Shown piece by piece: positions 43,546-57,039 of a DNA stretch of 64,000 nucleotides. Under the pieces are notes generated by a model. That model searched no databases and had not been told where the DNA came from. It saw only the letters and a program-made list of their open reading frames with translations. The stretch spans positions 110,050,001-110,114,000 of the forward strand of contig NC_043003.1 of NCBI RefSeq assembly GCF_006345805.1, written 5' to 3'. Numbering within the stretch: position 1 is the stretch's first letter; each line of letters starts with the position of its first letter. The position numbers and the translations under genes were made by a program. Origin of the DNA: Octopus sinensis (lineage: Eukaryota).

Positions 43546-43946
43546 AGGTGTGGCTGTGTGGTAAGAAGCTTGCTTCCCAACCACAGAGTTCCGGATTCAG
43601 TCCCACAGCCTGTCAACTTGGTCAAGTGTCTTCTGCTATAGCCCCAGGCCGATCAAAGACTTGTGAGTGGTTTTGGTAGATAAAAACTGAAAGAAACTCG
43701 TCGTATAAATGTATGCGTGTGTGTGTGTGTGTGTGTGTGTGTTTCTGCGTGTCTGTGTTTTTCCCTACCACCACCGCTTGACAAACGGTGATGGAGTTTT
43801 ATGTCCCTCGTAACTTAGACCAATAGCATAAGTACCAAACCTTGAAAAACATAAGTACTAGGGTCGATTCAATCGACTAAAAGAATTCTGCAATGTGGTG
43901 GCTCAGCATGACCACTGTCTAATGACTCAAACAAGTAAAAGATAAA
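43546..43946 (+). mobile_element. SINE family A, full-length-like copy
   Basis: A-box-like tggctgtgtggtaag, B-box-like gttccggattcagtccc, internal (TG)n and tail matching 1509-1911. Confidence 0.82.
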
Positions 43947-44519
43947 CGATAATACTAAGATAAATGAAATGAAATGAGCCTACCTGTATGTTCATTCTAG
44001 AAATATATTTACTGTTGCAAAGTATAGTCATAATTTTCAGCTTCATAAACCATTGATCGTTAACATGATCGTTTGATATCTTTACTGCGTAATGTTGTTT
44101 ATGTTGTCTCCTATACACCCTGTGTTAATGAATCGCTTTTACAATACATAAATCGGCTTCAACGAAGTTGTTCTTTATTTAGAAATATCTTTCACGTAAC
44201 CATTCCAAAAATAAGATATCCTTGTTGTCCAACATTGGTCTATAGTGATTCATATTAACGATTCGATAAAGTAAATGTCTCAATTATATTAAAATCAATG
44301 AGCCATCTATGAACAATAGCTCATTCCTGTGTTGTTCTATTGCAAAGAATGACTTCAAACTGTCGAAACTATGATTAAGTAAGTTATTCAGCCTCCAAAC
44401 TTCAAAGAAGAATTATGCACAATTGAAAACATTCTCAAAAAGTATTATATTTCTAGTTAGTTATATCATCTAAATTAGTACTGGTTCTCAACTATACCCA
44501 CTATGAAGTGTAATCTGGC

Positions 44520-45120
44520 TCCGTCGAGGGTAGAATTGCAAATCAACGTCAAAATCCACAGTCAGTTACCATTTGGGCGGCCGTAGCAACCAGTAGAAGG
44601 TCTCCCTTCATTTTTGTGCACTCGTGTGTTAAGATTTTAACCCAACGATACATTAGCGGCATTCTGGAAGCTGAATTGTTTCCATGGGCGAATGAACACT
44701 TCCAAAGTACACCTTTGCGTCCCGACAGGACTCGGTACCATTCAACAGCTACAAACAGTCACAAAACTGGATTCAGAGAAACATTCCTTTGTTCAAAGGC
44801 AAGGATGCATGCTCCTCAAGAATCCACAGTCTCCACCCCTTTGACTTTTCTCTTTGGTCAATTTTGGTGAAGAGGGTCTTGAACAATCAACGTACTTCGC
44901 TGGACGCGCTGAAAGCAAAACTGCGCGAGACATTGGCTGAGATTCCGCAAGAACGGCTGCGTGCCGCGTGTGAAACATTCGCACCATGACTTAAGACTGT
45001 GATTCTAAGCAGTGGTAGTCGTATCAAATAAATGTGATAGTGTGATAACTGTGTTTGCTTTACCGTTATATTGCAACGCTTGGACCCAAATGCTGGTTGC
45101 GTTAATTTTAAGGCACCCTG
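44520..45120 (+). mobile_element. Tc1/mariner superfamily (maT/DD37D-like) transposase 3' half with right end
   Basis: PQSVTIWAAV...SPLIFVHSCVKI..RYISGILEAELFPWANEHF...LHPFDFSLWSILVKRV...SLDALKAKL; ends ggcaccctg+TA. Confidence 0.75.
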
Positions 45121-45219
45121 TACATATATATACATATATATACATATATATGTATATATATGTGTGTGTGTGTTTGTGTGTCTGTATGCGTGCATACTTT
45201 TATATGTATACTGGTTCGG

Positions 45220-45410
45220 TGTCACATCCGTACTCCTTTTCTCTTGGACTTTCCTCTGTCCCCTGTTTCTGACGAAGAACTTTGCTCGAAACGTAAAACT
45301 ACCTTTCTTTCCTTCCCTCAGCGTCTGCTAATAATTTGCATGTACCACTGCCTCACGTCTTTTCTTGTTGTGTTTGTCTTTCTTTTTTTTCGGGGGCGAG
45401 GTTTACTATA
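45220..45410 (+). mobile_element. Family H1-related element
   Basis: Homologous to the 33395 copy; flanked by TA/TG runs. Confidence 0.65.
45265..45299 (+). ncRNA. Minimal type I hammerhead candidate with intact core
   Basis: gttt-CTGACGA-a-gaac(ttt)gctc-GAAA-cgTA-aaac; one stem II mismatch. Confidence 0.6.
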
Positions 45411-45423
45411 TAGACATACATAC

Positions 45424-45575
<152 letters not shown>

Positions 45576-45580
45576 TATAT

Positions 45581-45629
<49 letters not shown>

Positions 45630-45769
45630 ATATACATATATATGTGTATGTATATGTGTGTATGTATGTGTGTGCGTTTGTGTATACACACACATATATA
45701 AACATATATATATTTATGTTAAGGGCATCTATACACACAAATGCCTCACGCTATGAGGGGCTCTTAAAG

Positions 45770-46290
45770 TCAAAACTAGTGTTTCGTTATCTTTCGAAGT
45801 CCATACGTAGCTAGCCAACTTAGTAGCTTTACATTTGTATCTACGTCGGATGGAAGCCATGTGACTGGAATAGCGATTTTTGTATTCACCTTACATAATC
45901 CAATATAGGCCTTCTTGTCAGTTGTATTATTATTTAGGGTTGCTATAACTTCTGCTTCATATATGATAGATTTAGTCATATTGTTGATCAAGCGGACAGC
46001 ATTCTGGATCACGACAGTTGCAACTGGATTCAGGCTCTTGCTATTGACCACATATAATGATACTCTTCGTATTAGGGCAGTAGCAATATCATATATTCAC
46101 AGTGCACCTGTTAAGTATTTTCCTGTTTCTGTGAGTGGCTAGAAAGTATGTCTAGGAGAGAGACAGGAATACTTTGCCAATATTAGTTTTTATATTAAGG
46201 GAAGAAGCAGGGAGGGGCGAAACAAATAAACCTATATTTAGGTTTCTTATTATCCTGATCAACACAAGAGTGGTTACGTACTACTTTATC
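45770..46290 (-). pseudogene. Penelope-like linker plus GIY-YIG fragment
   Basis: FICFAPP..IKTNIGKVFL...CNCRDPECCPL..TKSIIYEAEV...KAYIGLC..KNRYSSH across frameshifts. Confidence 0.8.
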
Positions 46291-46347
46291 TTTGATGCCA
46301 ATACTGGAATATATGTATGGGGGTGTGGGAGGATGTATGTATACGTG

Positions 46348-46406
<59 letters not shown>

Positions 46407-46469
46407 GATATATATACATATATATACATATACATATATATACATATATATACATATATATATGTATAT

Positions 46470-46616
46470 ATGACGGGCTTCTTTCAGTTTCCGTCAACCA
46501 AATGCACTTTCAAGGCATTGGTAGATCCGAGGCGATAGTAGAAGACTTGCCCAAGATGCTACGCAGTAGGACTGAAACCAGAACCATATGGTTTGGAAGC
46601 AAGCTTTTTACCACAA
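46470..46616 (-). mobile_element. SINE family A head fragment
   Basis: Matches 1762-1911. Confidence 0.8.
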
Positions 46617-46913
46617 AGTCAATAAGTATATATCTGTACATGCGTGTATATGTATTGGAATATATGTGTGGGAGTGTGGGAGGATGTATATATGTATAAT
46701 ATAAAAAACGTATATATATATATATATATATATATATCTGTGTATCTAGCGACATGTATGTGTGTATGTTTATGTGCACGTAGTTTTACACATACACACA
46801 TACACACACACTCAATCACACACACGCGCAGACACACATGTTGATGTCAATGTATATCTCTCTCTTTATCTATAAATGCATCTACTTATCTACCTATCTC
46901 TATCTCTCTCTCT

Positions 46914-46989
<76 letters not shown>

Positions 46990-47386
46990 ACACAGGCACA
47001 TAGCATAAGCATTTATAAAACTTTCCGATATATTGGCACTGAACACTAATTTAGATAAATGAATTTCAGTGATTTCTCTGGAGGTATTTTTCGTACGAGC
47101 AGCGAATAACTGTATTGCTTTGGGCATTAGAGGTTAAAATACTGATGAGTACGACTGGAAGCTTATTAATGATGCTTGGGAAAGAAAGCAGGTAGTTCGT
47201 AAACTCAAACACATTTTAATATTATCGATCACAGAGTCACAAAGCCCTGACTATTTATGCTCTACTCAATACTTTTAACTTGCATGTTAACCTTTCTGCG
47301 CATATATAAACATGTGTATCCATGTGTGTATTCATATATGTATATACATATATTTATATGCGTATATATATATACATATATTTATA

Positions 47387-47438
<52 letters not shown>

Positions 47439-47825
47439 CATACATACGCTCACGCACATTTATAAATACATACATATATACAGAAGCGGTACTACAAACC
47501 AGTCTAGGTTTTGCGAAGTGTTTTCCCGGGTCACTGACCTTCATTTTTATATTACTGAAGTGAATGATAGACAAAATTGCGGTTTTGTCAATCTATCTAT
47601 CTATCCATCTGTCTGTCTGTTTGTCCATCCGCCCCTCCGTTCGTCCGTGTGTCTTTCTGTTTGACTCTTTTTCTCTATCTCTCTCCCTATCTATTTGTCC
47701 CTCGATTTAGATATCTATGATGGCTAACTAAAATGTTCCTTCGTTGCCGTTGCAGTGCTTGGATTTCATTATTATTAATGCTTTCATCGTGTTATTAACA
47801 ATTATTAATAACAGATATGATGTCA

Positions 47826-48600
47826 TCACTCTGACAATGGTTCCCAGCCAGGTGTGTTTTTAATTTTGGGGAACAGGTGATATATTGGAGCCAAATCAGA
47901 AGAATAGGGAGGATGATCAACCTGTCCAAATGCACTGTCACGTACAGCAGCCATTGAAACTAAGGACTTATGAGCTGGAACATTGACTTGATGAAACAAA
48001 ACCCGCTTCGTCAATTTTCTTAGGCGTTTGGTTTCGATAGACTTTAATGATTGCCTCAGCAAGTTGGTATTGAACTCTCTACAGGTGGTGCTGTCCTTCT
48101 GAATATAATCAATAAATACAAAGCATTTTGCATCCCCCAAATCTGAGGCCATAAGCTCTCCTGCAGATGAAACAAGCTTGGCCTTCTTTATGGCAGGTGA
48201 AGATGGGTGTTTTCATTGTATAGATTCTCGCTTCGTCTCTGGAACCAGCTGGATGTGCCCCAAACATTGTCAAATTTTCCCTTGGAATTATCGACCTGGT
48301 ACGCTTTTGATCAGGTGTCAGAAGACGTGGCCCTTAGCAGCAGGAACCTTCATCATACCAAGTCCATTCTACAGAATATTCTCGATTCTTTCACGGGAAA
48401 TGATAATAATAGTGAATATTTGATTTATAGATAATCACCTGCCATCCATCACTATATGGTGAGCAAGATCAAAATTTTCCTCGGTCGTGGTATTTGGAGG
48501 ATGCTTAGTCCTTGCTTCATGTTCAAGATTCCGTTTCCCTCCTAAATTCAGCTGTTCAGTTTTACACTTGATAAAGCTGTAGTCTCATTCCTAGGTATGA
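47826..48600 (-). mobile_element. Mariner transposase relic (irritans/Himar1-like), a different family from 4133
   Basis: KVMAS..DAK..FIDY, VLFHQVNVPAHKSLVSMAAV...DHPPYSSDLAP. Confidence 0.85.
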
Positions 48601-49730
48601 AAAAGGCAGGAGATCTTATGAAAACCTACCTAGACCCGTGTCTAGGTAGGTTTTCATAACACAGCTAGGTCTCACATTAATCTACGCGCTTGGAGCACTT
48701 GGTCTAATCAATTTGCAAAACAGGGCAATACGTTGTTTTGCAAATTTCCTTGTCATATATTGTATCAAGAAATTACTGTTTAACGAAAGCCATGCATCTA
48801 AAAATGAAACACGTAATATGACATCAGCACACAAAACTAACAAAAACTTTTCTCTCAAAATTTCTGAGCAACCGATATTTCAGCAAATATTTTCTTAGTT
48901 TGTGATTGATAAAATAATTTTCTTGTGGATGCTTGTTGGAAGGGCATCGTGTGCTCTACATTCAGATTTTCCTACCTCTTTCTATTTAATCTCCGTACTT
49001 AGTCGTAAGTGTCTTTCTCCGAATCTGTAGAAGCACACTGGCTCTTTTGATTGTCCCAATAAGTCATTGTCTTCCCATCCTACGTTTCGAAAATCTTGTG
49101 AAAGGTCATTCGTCTCCATCGTCTTCATATTTCCATCTTTAATGTCGGTGAATTTTTAAAAATATTATCACAGAATTAGCACTTTTATCGTAGATATTAT
49201 TTTGTTACATGGTAACAGACTCGGGATTTTAAGAAAATTGTATTTAAGATATTTAGTAATTTTTCAGATTATAGTGTGAGTTGTAACTAGTAGCAATGTA
49301 GACTGAACCAATAACATGAAACGAACATTTTGTCAGTAGACAGACATCCTATCGAATCGGCTCGATATGACGAACAACAAAAAATAACACCACTAATTAA
49401 CATTTTGTAGAATCTAAGCTCGATTTGATGTGGAAAAATGACAAAGGAGTAACAAGTAGATATGCTAATTCTTTTCTTTATTGAGAAGGGAATACTTCGC
49501 AGGACTGGCTTTTAATACCGTTTCCCACAAAATGTAAGTAAATGAAACGATGACTTTTTAAGACTTGATTGTAAGTAGATAAGGAGATTTACCTCTGAAT
49601 ATGGCACGTTTGTCGTAAAAATCTGATATTTACTTTCAACTGCACTGTGAACAGAACCGCTGTATGTCAAGTCATATAAGTGATCAGAAATTATAAGTCA
49701 CCTAACCAAATGTTAATTAATACTAATATA

Positions 49731-49963
49731 TATTTCTTTATTGCTCATAGGGGGCTAAACACAGAGGGGACAAACAAAGGACAGACACAGGGCTTAAGTC
49801 GGTTACATCGACCCCAGTGCGTAACTGGTACTTAATTTATCGACCCCGAAAGGATGAAAGGCAAAGTCGACCTCGGCGGAATTTGAACTCAGAACGTAAC
49901 GGCAGACGAAATACGTCTACGCATTTTGCCCGGCGTGTTAACGATTCTTCCAGCTCGCCGCCC
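49731..49963 (-). mobile_element. SINE family B with 14-bp TSD
   Basis: Well-preserved copy; TSD ttaatactaatata at 49717-49730 and 49967-49980. Confidence 0.9.
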
Positions 49964-50592
49964 TAGTTAATACTAATATAACTTCAGGAACACCAATGCT
50001 GTGAGAGTTTACAATCATGTCAATGAACGCATACGTCATTGGTTTTGCCCCTCGCCGCTCGAAAACCGGTTTCGATTTGTTTACGTTATCACAACCCTAG
50101 TGATTCGACAAAAAGAACTGACGAAAATAAGGAAATAAGAATAAATTGAAATACGTATGGTGAATGAGCTGGTGTTTTAGAATAGCCACAGTCTGATAAA
50201 TGATATTAGCTATATCTCTGACAGTCTGTCAGACTGTCTTTCCGTATACAATATGTACATGTATGTGTGTGTTGAATTTCAAGGATTTCTCTCTCACTCA
50301 CACTCTCACCCTTTTCTATATATGAGCGATGTATTATATTTTCCGCATTTTTCGCATTGTATTAGATTCTGAAAAGTTGTTGCGCGAAATATTACAATAT
50401 ACTTCAAAGTTAAACTGTTAATTTGTGTGTAAGTATATTAAAGTGGATATTTGCATTCATGCATGTTCATCAGCATATGCATGACTTTATCAATCAATCT
50501 ATCTATCTATCTATCATCTATCTATCTACTATCTATCTATCTATCTATCTATCTTCTATCTATCTATCTTCTATCTATCTATCTATCTATCT

Positions 50593-50627
<35 letters not shown>

Positions 50628-50677
50628 GTCTGTCTGTCTGCCTGCCTACCTCTCTCTCATACTCTCCCAATATATAT

Positions 50678-50741
<64 letters not shown>

Positions 50742-50896
50742 GATTCAAATGAATATGGTACTTAAGTTACATGCACCAGAATTTTGTATGGTGTTATCCA
50801 TATAAATCTATGGGGTGATTATAATCAAATTAAGCAACAAATTACCGAAGCTACTCTTGTTGCTTATTTTGATTATAGATATATATATATAGATAT

Positions 50897-50937
<41 letters not shown>

Positions 50938-50940
<3 letters not shown>

Positions 50941-51130
50941 GAATTTACAAAAAAAATACAAAAACAAAAGACGAAGACGGGTGTGTAAACAACAAGCAGG
51001 TGTAATATTTTGACGCTCGGGAAAGTGAAAACGTCTTTCACATTTCGAGCCTGTGCTTTTCAACTGAAAGGAATCAGTGAAAATATACGGAAAGAAAATA
51101 GAAAACTTGTGGATTTGGCGGGCAATATTT
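50938..51130 (-). mobile_element. Family H1 diverged copy; decayed HHR at 51035-51070
   Basis: gagaatttacaaaaa...aaagacgaagac.ggtg...acgctc.ggaa...tttcgagcct matches 26174-26300. Confidence 0.7.
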
Positions 51131-51184
51131 ACAATTGCGGTATTTGTTAATTTCCAATATTTGATACAAAAAGAAAACGTATGG

Positions 51185-51590
51185 TTAATAAACATACGAC
51201 ATAACGTGTACTGAGTGTAAGACCGGATGACAAACACAGAAAGTCCCTAATTCTTCAACAGTTATCATCCTATTACTAATACACATTTTCGCACCTTTAA
51301 GTATAAAACTGAGAGCTTCGCATTTGGCGGCGCCCACAAAAAACAATTCCTTTTTGCGGAGAATTCAGGGCCGAGAGCTTTATTTTGTTTTGTTTGCTCT
51401 CGACCCTGAATTCTCAGCAAAGAGAATTTCTTTTGCCGGCGCCGCCAATTGTAAAGCACTCAGTCTTATAAATAAAGGCGTGAAACTGTATTAGCAATTG
51501 GTTGATAACTGTTGAATAATTAAATACCTTCTCTGTTTGTCTCCCGTCCGGCTTTACTCTCTGTATACGTTATGTCATATGTTATTTACT
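51185..51590. repeat. ~400-bp imperfect foldback with 17-nt loop
   Basis: Centre gagaattcagggccgagagc / gctctcgaccctgaattctc; outer matches ggcggcgcc/ggcgccgcc, tcaacagttatca/tgataactgttga, gacataacgt/acgttatgtc. Confidence 0.88.
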
Positions 51591-51648
51591 ATACATTTTA
51601 ATTATATATATATAATATATATATATAATATATATATATGAATATATG

Positions 51649-51711
<63 letters not shown>

Positions 51712-51796
51712 GTATATACATATATACATATATATACATATATACATACATACATATACATATATATATATATATATTATTATATATATATATATA

Positions 51797-53234
51797 CACA
51801 CCCAGAACCACGATAATATCTTCGGAGTGAAATTTAGGATTTCTCTGTGAATTGATTTTGGTAAAAGTTCTTCCGGCTGGTTTGCACACTATAGCAAAGC
51901 CATTGTTATGTTTACATTATTCTGTGTAATGTCCTTCATTTTTTAATGCTTTATTTCAGATCTTTCAGTTTCTGCGTGAACTACGCTATTAGCTTTTGAA
52001 TGAAAATGCCCCATCTAGAGATTGTTTTTCCGAAAATGAATGATAATGATATATATTAAGCATACACTGGGTACATATTTAACAGAAAACCATAATAACA
52101 ACATTTATTGACGTAATGAATTATTTAGCCACATGAACGCCATTTTGACGATAAATTCAAAAGCCCTATTAGTCATGGAATTTGTTGACTTCTTAATAGT
52201 AGCAGGATGGACTGACTCTGCTGCAGATTTGATGGTCACCCATAAGACATCTTTCGACGTAAATTGGCATCCATCGGCATAAACATCTTGTTTAATGATG
52301 GACCAAAGATTTTCGATAGGGTTGAGATACAGACATGCTGGCGGCCACAACACCATCAACATTTCACCTGGTATGCCGTAAGACCCTAGTAGTGTTTGGG
52401 TGGTCCTAGCAGAGTGGAGGGAGCCTTGTCATGCATGAATACGAGATTCCTTAGTGACAGCAGTATATCATCTAGCCGGTGATCCAAGACCTCCTTCAGG
52501 AGATTGCAGTAGGCGACTGCGGTCCCTTTAACAACTTCAGGCACCTTGACTGGGCCAACAAGTTTGTTCCCAATGATGCCAGCCCACAGCATGTCTCCAA
52601 CACCCTGTTGTTGACGTCGAAAACTTTAGTGACGCTCATCTCCAACCGCCGCGTCCATCAGAGTTCGCCCAGGTTTCGTCAGCGAGCAGAACACAACTCA
52701 TGTCTAACTTCATGCACTTTGGGGCCCATTAAAGCCTCAAATTGCTGTGACAGGACGTTAAAGGAGGCAGTTTAAGATGTTCTTGCACGGGAACCATGCT
52801 CTTGAGGACGTGATTTCTTGTGGTTTTCGATACATGACGAAGTCAAGAGGAGGTGAAAATGGTTTTGCTTGTTTGTCTAACTTTCTCACATAACTTGTGG
52901 CCAATATTCCTTGAAACCCTAGCTATCACAGTCTCGGAGGTCCCACAATCGAATCGTCTAACCGTGCCCACGTGACGACCTAACTTTTCCTCAATGACAT
53001 GAAAACTTTAACACTTTACTTGATGATGACAAATTTTCTTCATCGTTAAGGCATTTTCGTTAAGACGCTGTTAGCATGGTTCACCCCAAAACGGAAGAAT
53101 ATGAAATAAAGGACGTTACGCAGAACAATGAGAATGATGTTGCCATAGGGTGCAAACCAAAAAAGCAAAATCGATTCACAGAAAAAAGAGAAACCCTAAA
53201 TTTCACTCGTAAGCTATTAGCGTGATTCCGGGTG
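51797..53234 (-). mobile_element. Tc1-like (DD34E-type) transposon, near full length with both TIRs, transposase disrupted
   Basis: MLWAGI..KLVGP, VFMHDKAP, WPPACLYLNPIENLWSIIK; TIRs cacccagaaccacgataatatcttcggagtgaaatttagg / cctaaatttcactcgtaagctattagcgtgattccgggtg; TA-flanked. Confidence 0.9.
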
Positions 53235-53283
53235 TATACATACATACATATATATATATATTATATATATATATATATATATA

Positions 53284-53348
<65 letters not shown>

Positions 53349-53926
53349 TATATATGTACGTATGTATGCGGACATACATTATCCTACTACTTGTCAGTTG
53401 TCCAGTCTGGAATTCAGGAGATCTAACAACGTGAAATTATTTGATAATACGTCAGATTTATTTAAAGTTCGACTCAGAAAATAATATAATCATTTCCACT
53501 ATAGCAATTAATTTCACGTTTGGTTACATCTGGATTATATTCAAATGTTCAGCGTGATAAAGTAGAATTTTAAGTGAACAAGACGTAAACTTTCCTTTCA
53601 TATTTGAAATAAAACCGTCGACTCTCATTTTGTGAGAATGAATGCCAAGAGTATTTGTTAGAATGAACTAGCATTGTTTATTCTTTTGACTTCTTAGATA
53701 TTGATATCAGCTGTGAAATAATACAGAAATACATCTTTTCAATGAAAATAAGTCCGCCGCTTGATAGCTTGATAGTGCAGCGTTAACAATATGGAAGTAA
53801 TCGAAACACTGAGACGACCAGAGTTATTTAGCGTGTCATATAGCGTCAAACTGCCCGTAATATTCTTTCGTTGACTCAGCATAATATATCCCTAATGATT
53901 TCAAATATATAACATTTCATAATAAA

Positions 53927-54316
53927 CTAGTAGTATCGCCCGGCGTTGCTCGGGTTTGTAAGGGAAATAACTATATAAGCATTTTTAGAGAGTTATAACC
54001 AAAAAATAGCAAAAAAATGCATTAAAATGTAAAAAAAATTATGGTAATTTTTTTTTAAATCGTGGACTCATCGTAGACATTTTTAGAGAGTTACTTCCCT
54101 TATATAATAGCGAAAAAATACATTAAAAATGGAAAAAATGATGGTAAATTATTTTTATAATCGTAGACTCATCATAGACGCGCGCTAATACCCAGAAGGG
54201 CTCGATATGAATCACGACTATAAGATACCCGCTTTTGGTTACACTGCACCGCAAAATATAGTTAGGAATCTAAATCGTAGGAGACAGACACACAACTTGA
54301 ATTTTATATATAAAGA
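53927..54316 (-). mobile_element. Non-autonomous Helitron
   Basis: Minus strand starts A|TC and ends with hairpin cccgagcaacgccggg then CTAG|T; no TSD; internal ~100-bp tandem duplication. Confidence 0.85.
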
Positions 54317-54654
54317 TGTAGCCCATCATGACTGAAACTACTGAAATTATTTTAAATTTGTCTTTTAATGAGGATGTACAATTTCCGAATGGGTTACTGA
54401 TGAAAGATTCTCCATAAATTCTAGTGTACTACACTGTCACTGTGTTTGCGTCGTCAGCTACTTTATCCGTCCATTGTATGTCCGCTGATATTCGGTTTCA
54501 CACTGGTAGTTTACGAGCCACTTAATACCCCGATGCATTCATAGATTCTTAAAAATGCACACATAATTCATATATCTCATATTTATAGGTATTTATATTG
54601 CGTGATTTTCTCCTGAAGTAACTTGACTGTTTTATATACTTACATACATACATA

Positions 54655-54960
54655 CATGGTGGCTGCCCCTTAGTTATCAAGTATGGTCATTACACAAAGC
54701 TTAATCAATGTTGTTATCGTGCAATGCCTGTGCAAGAAGATTTTTTTTTACAGCGAGGAAAGGCTGTGCACTGAGTCAATCCCACTCACTAAGCAACAGC
54801 AGCCATAATCCGAAAAGAAGAACAAGTCAACATAATCGGTAACCACTGAGCCGCAGGTTTTATGTCGGAGTTATCCCAGTTACCTGAGTTACCTTCTACT
54901 AGAAGGATGCCCTAACAAAGGCTAGGAGTCCTTCACTCCCAATGGTTTAACCGCGCGATC
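54655..54960 (-). mobile_element. Interspersed repeat resembling an RTE-type LINE 5' UTR
   Basis: GC-richer block between (TACA)n runs; minus strand cctagcctttgttagggcatccttctagtagaaggtaactc; resemblance from memory only. Confidence 0.35.
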
Positions 54961-55644
54961 GGGTATTCAGTTCGATTATTTCTATGACCCCGCGCATGAT
55001 ACAGCCTTAAGACATTTATTGGATACATGTTACCAGTAGCACTCGAAAGTGACCTGACATACATACATACATACATACATACATACATACATACATACAT
55101 ACAGACTCGACTGCAGTCGTCATTGTACAAAGAACAATTGCATAGCCTAAATAAATAGTTGAGATGTGCCTGTCAGTACCATCTAGTATCTATAACTCTA
55201 ATATGTCCCCAACAATGCAGTACTTATTACTTTTAAAATGTTTAGACTTGGAGGTTTGAACAGAATGGTTCAGTGGGCTAAAGAGGAGGGGTTTTTCAGC
55301 ACCCTGTAGGTCATAGAGGATAGAGTAGAGTTGACACGAACCCCGGAGATACCTGAATGGTGTCAAGGAGAGTACAGAAATATCTAAGTGATTCCACTAC
55401 TTGTTTTAGCTCCCCTAGCCGTTTCTTTTCCCAAGGCTTTCACAAGGTAATAGGAGGATAAGCTGTAGGTTTCTCCCATAATATGCTAATTAATCAATTT
55501 AACATAATAAACTGAAATTAGGAAAACACAAACATCATAATGAGTTTAGTAACAGGTACGTTTTGAAGTAAGTAAAGAAAGCATACGAACTTAGGCACAC
55601 ATGATATTATATATATATATATATTATATATATATATATATATC

Positions 55645-55948
55645 ACCGTGATCCCCGTGACCAACCAGGCTATCAGATGTTGCTACACATCGCCGGTCAC
55701 AATGCACTTTGCATTGTTTTCAAATGACGCCACCACGCAGGCTAAGCGGGCAGGCCAACAGAAGAAAGTGTGAGAGAAAGTTGTGGCGAAAGAGTACAGC
55801 AGAGATGTCCCCCCTTCCCTGCCAGAGCTTCGTGGAGCTTTAGGCGTTTTCGGTCAATAAACACTTGCAACGCCCGGTCTGGATATCGAAACCACGATCC
55901 TACGACCGCAAGTCCGCTGCCCTAACCACAGGGCCATTGCGCCTCCAC
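55645..55948 (-). mobile_element. tRNA-derived SINE, family C (octopus OR-like)
   Basis: Minus head ggaggcgcaatggccctgtggttagggcagcggacttgcggtcgtaggatcgtggtttcgatatcc has A and B boxes in a tRNA-like layout. Confidence 0.82.
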
Positions 55949-57039
55949 ACACACACACCACACACACATATATATATATATCAGAAACAAGTTAAAAATT
56001 ATGGCCATTACATAATTCTTTTATTTGAACAAATTTCGTTTACAGCTGTTTCCGGTTGTCATTATAAGTACATTGGTGAAACGTCGACTCAACTGGTCTG
56101 TTGATCAGTTGAGATAAATTGAAATCCCCATCTCCCAAACGTTCCCCACACAATAGCCATTCCTTAAGTGCTCTACAAATGGATCTGACGAAAGTAGCAT
56201 TAATTTTCTTAGGTCGTTCAGTTTGCCTCAATTGATCAATTGACCAATTGACTAAACCAATGAAAACAGCAGTATGACTAATTTTCTCAAATAAACGAAT
56301 TATATCTCATGACCACTATTATATGTAATGACCGTTATTTTAAACTTGTTTCTTTTATATGTAAAAACAATTTTATGCGGATCCCATCCACGGATGTACA
56401 ATATAGAATTGTGATGAACCATAATCTGTGACCGTACCAAAAGATTACCTGGAATTCTTCACTAATCTTAGTAATACTATTAGCATGGTGTGCTAACAGA
56501 GATCTTATGAAGTATTTTGCCCGGACTGATAATCCCTCACTATTTGTTCTCTCTCTCTTTCTCTCTCTTCCCCCCTCTCTCTCTACATACATAGATATAT
56601 ATACCTATAGATACAAACATATATACATATATATAGAGAAAGTAAGAAAAAAAAAGCGAAAATGCACATTGAATATAAAAAAAATTATGGCTCGTTTTAT
56701 AAAATGTAGCGATAAATAAATACAATTAGATGAACTGAAGTAGAATTAAGAGGAATTCAATTCATTATTTTGAATTGTTAAAGATATTCAAAGTCAAACC
56801 GGTATCGTCATTGCTGTTCACTGTACTTGAATGTGCACCGATTATCAAACGGTGTCGGGTTTACTAGTCCCTGAGTAAAAAGATTGTGTCAGGGAGGTAA
56901 GTGGTTCTGGAATTAGGGTTGATATAATACTGTAATATAAATATTGTAAGGGATGTATGGGTGTTAGTGATATTATTGGTAAGGTTAGTAGTGTTCTCTA
57001 TTATGTTGTGTTCATGTTAAGTTGTGGATGATATTGACC

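Noticed and set aside
55870-55948. Possible tRNA gene
   Set aside because: It continues into a SINE body and lacks a proper acceptor stem and terminator; it is a SINE head.
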